Counted from the first letter of the stretch, positions 18,071 to 27,697 are shown. The stretch is DNA of 30,132 nucleotides from Bacteriovoracaceae bacterium (GCA_018649885.1 JABIHA010000108.1:62001-92132); one strand, 5' to 3'. The notes: a model not told the origin generated them from the letters alone. A program made the numbers and translations.

Positions 18071-19392
18071 CACATTTTTAAATTATCTTTTAAAAAATCA
18101 GCAACCTTATCTAAACTTACCCTACTTTGCTTCATACTATCTCGGTCCCTAATGGTCACGGCACCATCTTCTAAACTATCGTAGTCTATGGTGATGCAAT
18201 AAGGAGTTCCGATTTCATCTTGCCGTCTGTATCTCTTGCCAATAGAACCTGAGGTATCGTATTCAACCCTGTAGTCCTTTGAAATATCTCCATGCAACTT
18301 ACGGGCAATCTCTTCAAGAGGTGGTTTCTTCATCAGTGGCATGATCGCTACTTTTATGGGCGCAAGAGAAGGCTTGAGTTTTAAAACTATTCTCTCTTCT
18401 TTTTCACCCTTGTTTTCTAGGCGGTAGGCTTCGCACATGATTGAAAGGAAGCACCTGTCTACACCCACAGAAGTTTCTACCACGTAGGGAATATATTTTT
18501 TATTGCCATCTGCTTGGTCGACATAATTTAGATTTTTCTTTGAAAATTCTTGATGAGATTTCAAATCAAAATCTGTCCTCGAGTGAATTCCTTCCATTTC
18601 ATCCCAGCCAATTGGGAAAAGATATTCAATATCAAAAGCTCCATCGGCGTAATGGGCCAGCTTATCTGAAGCATGTGGATGCCACCTGAGATGGTCTTCT
18701 TTAATTCCATTACTAAGGTGCCAATTCCACCGGATTTCTTTCCACTTTTCCATCCAGTCGGCTTGAGACCCAGGCTTAATAAAATATTGCATCTCCATTT
18801 GTTCAAACTCTCTCATTCTAAAAATAAAATTTCCGGTAGTAATTTCATTTCTAAATGCTTTACCTATTTGAGCGATTCCAAAGGGAAGCTTTTTTCTCAT
18901 AGTTGTTTGGACGTTCAAAAAGTTGACAAAAATTCCTTGAGCCGTCTCTGGTCTTAAGTAAACAGTGGAAGATGTGTCTTCTACTGCTCCCATTTGAGTG
19001 TTGAACATCAAATTGAAATCTCTGGGCTCAGTGAAAGAGTCCTTTTCACCACAACTAGGACAGGGATCATTAATTTCAATCTTGTCTTCACGAAAACGGC
19101 CTTTACAAGATTTACAGTCCACCAAGGGGTCTGAAAAACCATCAATGTGGCCAGAGGCTTTCCAAACTAAGGGATGCATAAAAATGGAGGTATCAATCCC
19201 CTCGACATCTTCACGATAGGTCATGGCCTTCCACCAAGACTCTTTAATTAAATTTTTAAGGTTTGCACCCAGTGGACCATAGTCGAAACATGCACCAAGT
19301 CCTCCATAAATCTCAGAGCTTTGAAAAATAAATCCTCGCCTTTTACAAAGGCTCACAAGATCACTCATATTTTGCAGGTTTTCAGAAGACAC
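18067..19392 (-). CDS. glyQS: Glycine-tRNA ligase, homodimeric (alpha2) type
   Basis: CKRRGFIFQSSEIYGG, YLRPETAQGIFVNF, FGIAQIGKAFRNEI, FIFRMREFEQME, SGSIGKRYRRQDEIGTP. GTG start with GGAG RBS. Confidence 0.97.
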   Translation of the reverse strand: MSSENLQNMSDLVSLCKRRGFIFQSSEIYGGLGACFDYGPLGANLKNLIKESWWKAMTYREDVEGIDTSIFMHPLVWKASGHIDGFSDPLVDCKSCKGRFREDKIEINDPCPSCGEKDSFTEPRDFNLMFNTQMGAVEDTSSTVYLRPETAQGIFVNFLNVQTTMRKKLPFGIAQIGKAFRNEITTGNFIFRMREFEQMEMQYFIKPGSQADWMEKWKEIRWNWHLSNGIKEDHLRWHPHASDKLAHYADGAFDIEYLFPIGWDEMEGIHSRTDFDLKSHQEFSKKNLNYVDQADGNKKYIPYVVETSVGVDRCFLSIMCEAYRLENKGEKEERIVLKLKPSLAPIKVAIMPLMKKPPLEEIARKLHGDISKDYRVEYDTSGSIGKRYRRQDEIGTPYCITIDYDSLEDGAVTIRDRDSMKQSRVSLDKVADFLKDNLKMC

Positions 19393-19476
19393 TATCTACT
19401 CCGGGTATAAGGGCACTACGAATAGCGATCTTACTAAAGCAAATGGGATCAGTATAGAAAAGTGTGGGTAAGAAAT

Positions 19477-19512
19477 AAAAAAAGCTGCTATGCCTACACC
19501 GGCTGCTCAGCT
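19477..19512 (-). terminator. Possible terminator after the msbA-like gene
   Basis: Minus strand AGCTG..GCC-loop-GGC..CAGCT interrupted stem followed by a T run. Confidence 0.35.
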
Positions 19513-19519
19513 GGAAATA

Positions 19520-21232
19520 TTAGCTTTCAGTGCTCAGCTGGTAGAGCTTATAATACTCACCTTTTTGGGCCAGCAAACTTTGGTGATCACCGGCTTCAAC
19601 AATACTACCTTCTTTCATCACGATAATATTGTCGTAGTTTTGAATTGTGCTTAGACGGTGAGCGACGGCTACAACTGTTTTATTCCCTGCAATACGATCT
19701 AACGCTGCTTGGACAATCTTTTCAGACTCATTATCAAGTGCAGAAGTTGCCTCATCAAATAGTAAAATGGGAGGATCGCTCAAAAAGGCCCTCGCAATAG
19801 TAATTCTCTGGGACTGGCCCCCTGATAATCTAGTTCCCCGGTCACCGATGATGGTGTCCATACCCTGAGGTAGGCCATCCACAAACTCTTTGGCGCCAGC
19901 AACTTCTAAGGCAGTCGCCAATTGCTCCTCAGAATATTGTTCACCCACACACAGGTTTTCCCTAATGGTGTCATTGAAAAGAAAAATATCTTGGCTCACA
20001 AGACCAAACTGAGAGCGTAATGAGCTAAGAGTCAATTCATTGAAATCATGCCCATCGTAATAAATTTTGCCCTTTTCCACATCATAGAGTCTCAAAAATA
20101 AATTGATTAGAGTTGATTTCCCTGAACCCGATAGACCTACTAGTGCAACTCTTTTCCCCTTGGGCACATCAAAGCTAACATTATTTAAGATTTTTCCCTC
20201 ACCGTAGCTAAAACTTAAATTTTTCACTTCAAGCTTTTGGCTGAACCCTGACCACTCAGTGACTCCCGTGTCCTTTTCCTCATCAATTTTTAGCACTTCA
20301 AAAATTCTCTCTCCCGCAGCTCTCGCCTGTGAAAGACGGACATTTGCTTGTGAGAATTTCCTAATTGGATCCATTAAAAGCGCAAGAGCGGCAACAAAAC
20401 TAATGAACTTTCCAGTTGTAAGCTCTCCAATGGAAATTCTGTGTTGGGCAAAGAGAATCACCCCGCAAAATGCAATGGCCCCCACTAACTCTACTAGAGG
20501 GTGCGCATTTTCTTCCACAAGTGTTGTTTTCATTTGAGTTTTAAAGTAATGATTTTGAGAGTTACCAAACCTGGAAATAGTATAATTTTGTAAATTAAAG
20601 GCCTTAGTAATTTTCTGCCCGGCAAGACCCTCAGAAATATTGTGGGTCATAAGTCCCACTGCCTCTTGCACATGATGGATATAATTTTTCACCTTTTTTC
20701 CACTTTTTCTAAAAATAATTACAAATAGTGGCAAAATCAAAACTACAACAAATGTCAGTTGAACATCATGCCAAAGCATCAACGAAAAATAGGCCATGGC
20801 AGTAAGAGGCTCTCGAATTAAATCCAGCATGCCACGAAAACCTTGTGCTAGCACAGTAGTGTCATTCATGGCGTGTGAGATAAGAGAGCCATGTTTTTTG
20901 GCATTGAAAAAAGATAGGGGGAGCTTTTGAAATTTCTCGAAAAGCTCAGATCTAATAGAGCAAGTAGCCTTGTCGACAACAAAGCGCATCATATAAAAAT
21001 GAAAGAAGCGGCAAGGGTAGTTGAGAAGTCCGAGGAAAAATAGAACCCCTGCAAGCCAAAGAGCTTCATCAAAAGAGCTATTTTGGCTAAGGCCTTTATC
21101 AATAAGTGGCTTAACAAGATAGGCTTGGTAGCCTTTTATGGCAGTCAGCGGAAAAATAAGAATTACTGCAAAGATCACCCTTGCCTGATTTTCTTTAAGA
21201 TAAGGCAAAAGAGCTTTTATTAGTCGAATCAT
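19520..21232 (-). CDS. msbA: MsbA-like ABC exporter (fused TMD+NBD), probable lipid A flippase
   Basis: N-terminal TM domain; GLSGSGKS, VSQDIFLFNDTIREN, LSGGQSQR, LLFDEATSALD, AHRLSTI. Confidence 0.8.
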   Translation of the reverse strand: MIRLIKALLPYLKENQARVIFAVILIFPLTAIKGYQAYLVKPLIDKGLSQNSSFDEALWLAGVLFFLGLLNYPCRFFHFYMMRFVVDKATCSIRSELFEKFQKLPLSFFNAKKHGSLISHAMNDTTVLAQGFRGMLDLIREPLTAMAYFSLMLWHDVQLTFVVVLILPLFVIIFRKSGKKVKNYIHHVQEAVGLMTHNISEGLAGQKITKAFNLQNYTISRFGNSQNHYFKTQMKTTLVEENAHPLVELVGAIAFCGVILFAQHRISIGELTTGKFISFVAALALLMDPIRKFSQANVRLSQARAAGERIFEVLKIDEEKDTGVTEWSGFSQKLEVKNLSFSYGEGKILNNVSFDVPKGKRVALVGLSGSGKSTLINLFLRLYDVEKGKIYYDGHDFNELTLSSLRSQFGLVSQDIFLFNDTIRENLCVGEQYSEEQLATALEVAGAKEFVDGLPQGMDTIIGDRGTRLSGGQSQRITIARAFLSDPPILLFDEATSALDNESEKIVQAALDRIAGNKTVVAVAHRLSTIQNYDNIIVMKEGSIVEAGDHQSLLAQKGEYYKLYQLSTES

Positions 21233-21369
21233 GAGCCTATTGTACTGTCTTTAAATGCTGGCAGTAAACAACCAATTATTTTAGGATTTTTATCATTTAA
21301 GTTGATATTTTAATTGTTTGATTTGCCGAGCTGGTAATCGCGATAGAATTTGTATTTTAGATGGTCGAT

Positions 21370-21490
21370 GGAATTTGGGCCAAGTTCAGGTTGTCCACGG
21401 TGCTGGACAGTTTTGACGAGTCTATGAGGTTTGAAGAGCACCAAACGATCTAGCGCCGTGAACAACTTGGCCCCCCCCCAGATTCCACCA
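21370..21490 (+). ncRNA. Candidate structured RNA or palindromic element with tRNA-like acceptor end
   Basis: GC-rich island in an AT-rich intergenic region. Nested pairings GGAATTT/AGATTCC+ACCA, GGGCCAAGTT/AACTTGGCCC, CACGGTGCTGGA/TCTAGCGCCGTG, GTTTG/CAAAC. G-U wobbles favour the + strand. TAGAAT lies at 21344-21349. Confidence 0.45.
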
Positions 21491-21550
21491 ACAAAAAAAT
21501 GGTCAGTCGATTTTGAGTAACTTCAACTTTATTGATATAGGAACATTATT

Positions 21551-22063
21551 TTAATCGGAATCTACACGTACAACTTGTGAGCTCCCAAAAAAGTCGTGGA
21601 GAGCTCTCTTGTCTGAGCGAAATCCGGCCATCATATAGCCAATCATAAAAATCAGCCCACTAACCACCTTGCCAATAATTTCTCTAAGAAAGACTGCGCC
21701 AGGCCCTAACGACTCAGTAGTTTGATATTTAAACACTTTGAGACCCAAGGCCATTTTCCCCGGTGTTGCAGATTTCCATCTATAGAAGAACCAGTAATAG
21801 AAAAAGGTCATGGCAAAACTAGAGATAACTGAAAATGCCAAGTAATTCAAAAAAATGGGGCTCATCTCCCCTCTGGCCAATTGCCCAGCAAGTTCTTGCT
21901 CGTTTATTTTATACATAGACTTCAATGCTATATTCATAGGCTGGTTTAAAACGGCCACAATAATTAAATCTAAAACGTATGCACAAAACCTTATCCAAAA
22001 GCCAGCTGGTTTATACTTGAGCTCACTGACAACTTCACTACTAACAGACTCAACTTGTTCCAT
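21551..22063 (-). CDS. RDD family membrane protein
   Basis: AGFWIRFCAYVLD, ATPGKMALGLKV, FLRE, KRALHD. Confidence 0.92.
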   Translation of the reverse strand: MEQVESVSSEVVSELKYKPAGFWIRFCAYVLDLIIVAVLNQPMNIALKSMYKINEQELAGQLARGEMSPIFLNYLAFSVISSFAMTFFYYWFFYRWKSATPGKMALGLKVFKYQTTESLGPGAVFLREIIGKVVSGLIFMIGYMMAGFRSDKRALHDFFGSSQVVRVDSD

Positions 22064-22252
22064 TTTTATTCCTTTTGATTTGCTAATTATTATAACACGA
22101 TAGAAAAACTGAGTGTCCCCCTACAGTATGGGAGGGGAAATTTTGCCCCACAATTTCCGAACACCGTATTTATCAAAATTCATCTACTCCGATAACTAGT
22201 TAATGAAAAGTTAAGCCGTAATCAAATTGGGTAAAATCTCAAAGGACTGAGA

Positions 22253-23167
22253 ATGAAAAGTACAAATCTCTTATTAATTTTATCAATTTTTATATTTGTC
22301 AGCTGTAATCCTGAGCCAAGTGAGCCAGTACCTGAGCCAAGAGTTGGGGAATCATTACTGTATGAAAATGGTGACGGATCGTTAAACGAAAACTCTCTAT
22401 ACCAAAGAGATCCTGAGCAGGTTTATGAGCTACAAAATTTAAATGATGAAGACTTCGAAGATTTTTCGGCGATCTCTTTTATTCCAGAAAAAAATATCTA
22501 TATTGCTGTAAGAAATGATAACAACCTACATTTCCTAGACTCAGATTTTCAAACGATAAGTGACCTTGAATTTGTTGGATTTAGTAGCACCACAAGACAA
22601 AATGATTTTGAGGGAGTGGTCTATTTGGGAATGGTGGGTACTCAAATGGAATTTGCCCTTTCAAATGAAATAGGTCAAGTCTATATCGGAAAAATTGCAA
22701 CAACAGATACCGAGGCCAATAGGGAAAATTTTCAAAAGATTGTGGTAGCCAGCAGCCTTTCAATTCCATTAAATAAAGGTCCAGAAGGTATTACCTATGA
22801 TCATGCAACCTCCACCTTCTATATTGCATTTGAAGGTAAGGGTGATAAAAATACCTTTGTCGTTTCTTTTGTAAGACCAGAAAGTAGTAAAGATGGAATT
22901 AAAGTTGATACCGAAGTGCCTTTCAATGTTGTCGAGGTTACAGGAGCAGAAGATCTCGCAGATATTTTCTTTGATTCACAAACAGGAAATCTAATACTTT
23001 TAAGTGAGCAATCAAGTTACCTCTACGAAATAAACCCTAGTGGTGCCCTAGTTGGGAAACACCCACTTAACTTAAGTAGACAGCATGAGTCACTATTCAT
23101 CAATGGAAAGAGAGAATTATTAGTAGGAGCTGAACCAAACTTCATTGATTTTTTTCCACTAAAATAA
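22253..23167 (+). CDS. Acidic lipoprotein with SdiA-regulated (YjiK-like) beta-propeller domain
   Basis: Lipobox FVSC, PEPSEPVPEP linker, repeated DFEGVVY / NKGPEGITYD / DLADIFFD / LILLSEQS / QHES motifs. AGGA RBS. Confidence 0.75.
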   Translation: MKSTNLLLILSIFIFVSCNPEPSEPVPEPRVGESLLYENGDGSLNENSLYQRDPEQVYELQNLNDEDFEDFSAISFIPEKNIYIAVRNDNNLHFLDSDFQTISDLEFVGFSSTTRQNDFEGVVYLGMVGTQMEFALSNEIGQVYIGKIATTDTEANRENFQKIVVASSLSIPLNKGPEGITYDHATSTFYIAFEGKGDKNTFVVSFVRPESSKDGIKVDTEVPFNVVEVTGAEDLADIFFDSQTGNLILLSEQSSYLYEINPSGALVGKHPLNLSRQHESLFINGKRELLVGAEPNFIDFFPLK

Positions 23168-23170
23168 ACT

Positions 23171-26100
23171 CTACCTACCGTTTGGAATAAATTTTTGGTA
23201 CTCAAAAATCATATGTTGAAAATCGTCGAGGATTTTAGCAGCAAGTTGACTACCTGTTGAGTTCAAATAATCCATTAGAAGTTCTTTTAAAAATGCCAAA
23301 TCCTCACTAACAAGTGGGACAGCTCGAAGGTAATCAAAATTTATATTTCCCTCAATAAAGCTTTTTTTAACATAGACAATCCCGCCAGTCATACCAGCAC
23401 CTAAATTGCCCATTATTTTTCCCAGAACGATAACACAGCCACCAGTCATATATTCACAGCCATGTAATCCAACTCCCTCCACAACACTAATGGCACCACT
23501 ATTTCTAACTGCAAAACGGTCACCTGCCTGCCCACAGCAAAATAATTTTCCACCGGTTGCCCCGTAGAGTGCACAATTGCCTATAATTGAATTTTCTGAA
23601 GATAGAAATGTTGATTCCTCCCTTGGAACAATCACCACTTTGCCTCCACTCATGGCCTTGGCAACAGAATCATTGGCCTCACCAAAAAGTTTTGAGTTAA
23701 CCCCCTCAACATTAAATACAGCAAAGCCTTGCCCAGCAGAGCCATGAAATGTTAAATCATATTCATTTTCTGTTGCGGTGGATCCAGTTTGCTTGGCCTT
23801 GAATCTCTCATAGGCCAATTTTCCCACAAGCGTAGCCATTACAGCTCTATCAGTAGAAACAACACCAATAGGTTGGTCAGTTTTATTGGCATTAAGATTT
23901 AAAAGTTCAGCTCCGATCCGACTTAAATCATGGGCGCCGCCACCACTTTGGTACCCACCCAAGAGAGGGGCAACAGTGAACATACTTAAATCTATCCCGT
24001 GATTTTTGATTAATGAGGTACACTTTTGATTTTCATTAAGTAAATCAAAGCGACCAATTATGTCCGAAAGACTTTCAACTCCAAGAGTATTTAAGCCTTT
24101 TCTGATATCTCTTGCCAATACTTTCAGATAAGTTACAACTTTCTCACTACTTCCTTTATAGAACTTTTTAAATTTAGGGTTTTGTGTGGCAATCCCAGCT
24201 GGACAGGTATTTTTCTCGCATACCCTGGCCATGATGCAACCTTCTGCAATCAGCAAAATTTTACCAAAATCAAATTGGTCCGCACCCAAGATCGCACATT
24301 TGATAATGTCAGAGCAGACTTGTAAATTGCCATCAACCCGAAGCTTCACCTGTCCCCTTAGGCCATTGTTGTGCAAGGCCTTGTGAACTTCAAATAACCC
24401 AAACTCAAGAGGAAGGCCTGCATGTTTCATAGAAAGCAGAGATGCAGCTCCCGTTCCACCATCTCCACCAGAGATTTGAATAGTATCTGCTCCTGCCTTT
24501 ACAACTCCAACAGCGATGGGCCCAATATTTTTTCCAGAAACAAGTTTTACACTGACATCAAGATTAGAGTTTAACTCTTTCAGCTCGTAAATCAGCTGTT
24601 TAAGATCTTCAATACTATAAATATCGTGCTGAGGTGGAGGAGAAATTAAATCAACTCCAACTGCAGAATACCTGGCCCTAGCAATATCTGCAGAGACTTT
24701 TTTTCCCATTAATTGACCACCTTCACCAGGCTTGGCCCCTTGAGAAATTTTTATTTGTACTTCATCACCACTGACAAGATATTCAGCCGTCACACCAAAG
24801 CGGCCAGAAGCAATTTGTTTCACACTTGCAGTGATACCCGTTTGATAAAAATAGGGGTTTTCCCCACCTTCTCCAGAGTTAGATCTTCCTCCAATCTCTT
24901 TAAAGGCCTCGATTATATCTCTTTGAGCCTCTGCACTAATTGAGCCAAAGGACATGGCGCCACTTCCAAATGTTGAAAGAATGCTGTCAATTTCATCTAA
25001 ATCGACAAAACTACTTTCGCGTTTAGTAGTATCCAGAGAGAATAAGCTCCGAAGTGAAAGGGCGCTATCAACGTAATTTTCTTTAAAGCTATCAAATTTT
25101 TCACTTTGCTCTTTTAAGTCTTTGGAATTAACAAGAGCATGGATAATTCTTGAGCGTTTACTTGTAGCAAGATGTCTTTCGCCCAATTTGTTTCCAGGAT
25201 GTTCTTTATAAAAGAAAGTATGGTCAAGCTTGTCTTCACCGATTCTTTGTATCCTCAACTTAAAGTGAGAGGTAAAATGCATTAAACACTTGCCACCAAT
25301 AAGTTTTTTATGGTTTCCAAAAAAATTATTCATAATTTTATTAGAAATACCAATTGCAGTAAAAAGCTCAGAGCCACAATATGATCTAAGAACTGAGATT
25401 CCCATTTTTGCCATAATCCTAAGAATATCTTTTTCTATAACACTTATAAGATCTTTTTCCTTTCTATCTCCGAAAATTAGCTCCAATCCTTTTACTGGAT
25501 AGTTCCTCCCCACTTCTAATAGCAGGTAAGGGCATATTGCAGTGGCTCCAAATGCCAAACATACAGCTGCTTGATGTCCATTTCTAACATCACCGACTTC
25601 TAAAATAATAGAAGTCCTAAGCCTTCGACCCAACTTATTAATCCCCTTATTCACTGCTCTTAGAGCTAAAAGAGACGGCAATGCAATTCTGCTTTCACTG
25701 ACTTTCCGATCATTTAAAATGATAATAGAAGCCCCGCTTTTTATAGCGTTATTAGCAGTTTCAGTAATACTCTCAAAATAATCCCAGGTTTGTTTTTCAT
25801 TTGAGCCAATAGGGATAGTGATGTCTATCACTTTAACTTTGAGGCTACTTTGGCCTTCCGTATCAGCAAAACCTTTAATGCGATCCATTTGCCCTAAGCT
25901 AATAATTGGTCCAGGTAGCTCCAAACTTACCTTCGGAGGAATAAACTCCTTTGGCTCAAAAATATTTGGTTTTCTTCCAAGATAAACCTTTAAACTAGTT
26001 ACCGATTTCTCTCTAATATAATCGAGGGCGGGATTAGTGACTTGAGCAAAGCTTTGATAAAAATAATCAAAAATTGGCCTATCGAGCTCTGAGAGAACAG

Positions 26101-27496
26101 CAATTCTCGCAGTATCTCCCATTGATCCAATAGGAGAGCTTTTATTCAAAACCATAGGGATTATAACTTTATCTAAGTCTTCTTTTGAGTACCCAAATAA
26201 ATTCATTTTATAATTGAGCTGATCCTTTGTAAGCAAGATATTCTTATTGTCACTTCCAATATAGGGCACTTCAATTAAATGAGGATCGAAGTACACGCCT
26301 TTATTGTCTTCAGATTGACTTGGATCATTAAAATAGATTTTTGATGAGAGAGCATTTATTGTGACATTTTGTCCTGCTAGAAGAGCACCTTTTTGGATAA
26401 TATTTTTCTCGTTTACATCAAAGACACCGGCTTCTGAACATAGATAAAAATACTTCGAACTTTTTTGCCACCTACATGGTCTAAACCCGTTGCGATCAAG
26501 CCTGGCCCCTATAAATTTTCCATCGCAAAAGGCCACAAGGGCAGGTCCATCCCAGGGCTCCATCCCTCTCGACCAAAATCGGTAAAATGAATTTTCAACA
26601 CTGGCCGGAGGAATCATAATTGAGAGGATTTCACCAATTTGAGGAATACTACTTCGGTATTTCAAGGCCTCAACCATACCATTTAAATTTCCAGAGTCTG
26701 AAGTTCCTGTATGGGTAATGAGTTCATCCTGTCTAAGCCCTATGGCCTTTTCTCTGGTAATGGCCCAAGCCTTATTGCCTTCAATAGTATTAATTTCTCC
26801 ATTGTGGGCAATCAGCCTAAAGGGTTGAACCTTATCCCAGCTAGTTTTAGTATTGGTACTAAATCTTCTATGAAAAATAGCAAAGGAAGTTTCAAATTTT
26901 GGATTTTTTAAATCAAGATAGAGCTCTGGTAGAGTTATTCCAGTACACAGTGCTTTGTAGACAATAGTTCTACACGAAAGTGAGGCAAAGAAAAATTGCT
27001 TCACAATCCCACCCTCTTTCATTTTTGTTCTGGTCATTTGCTTGGCAAGATAGAGAAGCTTTTCAAATGAAGCGAGTGTCCGACAGTGTTTGGGTCTCCC
27101 AAAGATAACATGTTTGATCTTTGGCATATTTTCAAGGGCAATGGGTGATAGAACTGATTTATCAATGGGCACATCTCGGTATTCGAGAACTTCTAGCCCA
27201 AAATGGGAAAATGTTTCTTCAAAAATAATGAGAGATCGATCTTTTTCAACAACATCTTGTGGCATAAAGATTGTGGCCACAGCAATAGTTCCCGGTTCTT
27301 TTCCAAAAAGCTCAAAGGGTATTGAAGTCAATATCCCAGAGCCATCACCGACAACTCCATCACTTCCCACACCACCCCTATGCTCAACTCGGTGCAAAGC
27401 TAGAAGTGCTCGTTTAAGTGTGTCATTACATCTTTCATTCTTAAGTGAGACTATTAATCCCACTCCACAACTTGAAAATTCTTCCAAAAAATACAC
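23171..27496 (-). CDS. gltB: Glutamate synthase large subunit
   Basis: SCGVG (Ntn Cys), HRRFSTNT, AHNGEINT, EPWDGPA, SNSGEGG, KQIASGRFGV, QGAKPGEGGQL, [3Fe-4S] CIMARVCEKNTC, GCEYMTGG. Confidence 0.96.
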   Translation of the reverse strand: MYFLEEFSSCGVGLIVSLKNERCNDTLKRALLALHRVEHRGGVGSDGVVGDGSGILTSIPFELFGKEPGTIAVATIFMPQDVVEKDRSLIIFEETFSHFGLEVLEYRDVPIDKSVLSPIALENMPKIKHVIFGRPKHCRTLASFEKLLYLAKQMTRTKMKEGGIVKQFFFASLSCRTIVYKALCTGITLPELYLDLKNPKFETSFAIFHRRFSTNTKTSWDKVQPFRLIAHNGEINTIEGNKAWAITREKAIGLRQDELITHTGTSDSGNLNGMVEALKYRSSIPQIGEILSIMIPPASVENSFYRFWSRGMEPWDGPALVAFCDGKFIGARLDRNGFRPCRWQKSSKYFYLCSEAGVFDVNEKNIIQKGALLAGQNVTINALSSKIYFNDPSQSEDNKGVYFDPHLIEVPYIGSDNKNILLTKDQLNYKMNLFGYSKEDLDKVIIPMVLNKSSPIGSMGDTARIAVLSELDRPIFDYFYQSFAQVTNPALDYIREKSVTSLKVYLGRKPNIFEPKEFIPPKVSLELPGPIISLGQMDRIKGFADTEGQSSLKVKVIDITIPIGSNEKQTWDYFESITETANNAIKSGASIIILNDRKVSESRIALPSLLALRAVNKGINKLGRRLRTSIILEVGDVRNGHQAAVCLAFGATAICPYLLLEVGRNYPVKGLELIFGDRKEKDLISVIEKDILRIMAKMGISVLRSYCGSELFTAIGISNKIMNNFFGNHKKLIGGKCLMHFTSHFKLRIQRIGEDKLDHTFFYKEHPGNKLGERHLATSKRSRIIHALVNSKDLKEQSEKFDSFKENYVDSALSLRSLFSLDTTKRESSFVDLDEIDSILSTFGSGAMSFGSISAEAQRDIIEAFKEIGGRSNSGEGGENPYFYQTGITASVKQIASGRFGVTAEYLVSGDEVQIKISQGAKPGEGGQLMGKKVSADIARARYSAVGVDLISPPPQHDIYSIEDLKQLIYELKELNSNLDVSVKLVSGKNIGPIAVGVVKAGADTIQISGGDGGTGAASLLSMKHAGLPLEFGLFEVHKALHNNGLRGQVKLRVDGNLQVCSDIIKCAILGADQFDFGKILLIAEGCIMARVCEKNTCPAGIATQNPKFKKFYKGSSEKVVTYLKVLARDIRKGLNTLGVESLSDIIGRFDLLNENQKCTSLIKNHGIDLSMFTVAPLLGGYQSGGGAHDLSRIGAELLNLNANKTDQPIGVVSTDRAVMATLVGKLAYERFKAKQTGSTATENEYDLTFHGSAGQGFAVFNVEGVNSKLFGEANDSVAKAMSGGKVVIVPREESTFLSSENSIIGNCALYGATGGKLFCCGQAGDRFAVRNSGAISVVEGVGLHGCEYMTGGCVIVLGKIMGNLGAGMTGGIVYVKKSFIEGNINFDYLRAVPLVSEDLAFLKELLMDYLNSTGSQLAAKILDDFQHMIFEYQKFIPNGR

Positions 27497-27616
27497 CTAG
27501 GTCAACTGATTTGAGAGATGCTCTTATTTTACATTTAATTGGGACTTTAGTCACATGGATTAAACTTACAAATAAGCTCTGGTACCCCTGGAATACAGAT
27601 TCCGCAATGCGAGGAC

Positions 27617-27646
27617 TTGCAAGGCAATATTGGAAAATGCTATCTT
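27617..27646 (+). promoter_or_regulatory. Putative sigma70 extended -10 promoter of pheA
   Basis: TTGCAA-N18-TATCTT with TG at 27638-27639. Confidence 0.45.
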
Positions 27647-27697
27647 AGGGCCTGTTGCTGTTTCGGATCGGAATCTGAAATGGCAACAGGCCCTAAG
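27644..27697 (+). repeat. 25-bp hairpin with GGGCCTGTTG termini (IS5-like MITE/REP) in the pheA leader
   Basis: cttagggcctgttgctgtttcggat-cgga-atctgaaatggcaacaggccctaag. The three mismatches are all G-U in the + strand RNA. Flanked by TTA/TAA. Confidence 0.7.

Noticed and set aside
19532..19547. GCTCAGCTGGTAGAGC, a textbook tRNA D-arm sequence
   Set aside because: It lies antisense within the last msbA codons (KLYQLS). No acceptor, anticodon or TTCG T-arm flanks it, so it is most likely coincidence.
21412..21440. TTTGACGAG and TTTGAAGAG resembling the hammerhead CUGANGA core
   Set aside because: The initial C and the downstream GAAA strand are missing, so no hammerhead topology can be built.
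21370..21490. Canonical tRNA, tmRNA or SRP RNA call for the CCA-ended element
   Set aside because: No T-loop (TTCRA), no D-arm, far too short for tmRNA, and no SRP GGAA/AGCAG motif. Kept only as an unclassified candidate.
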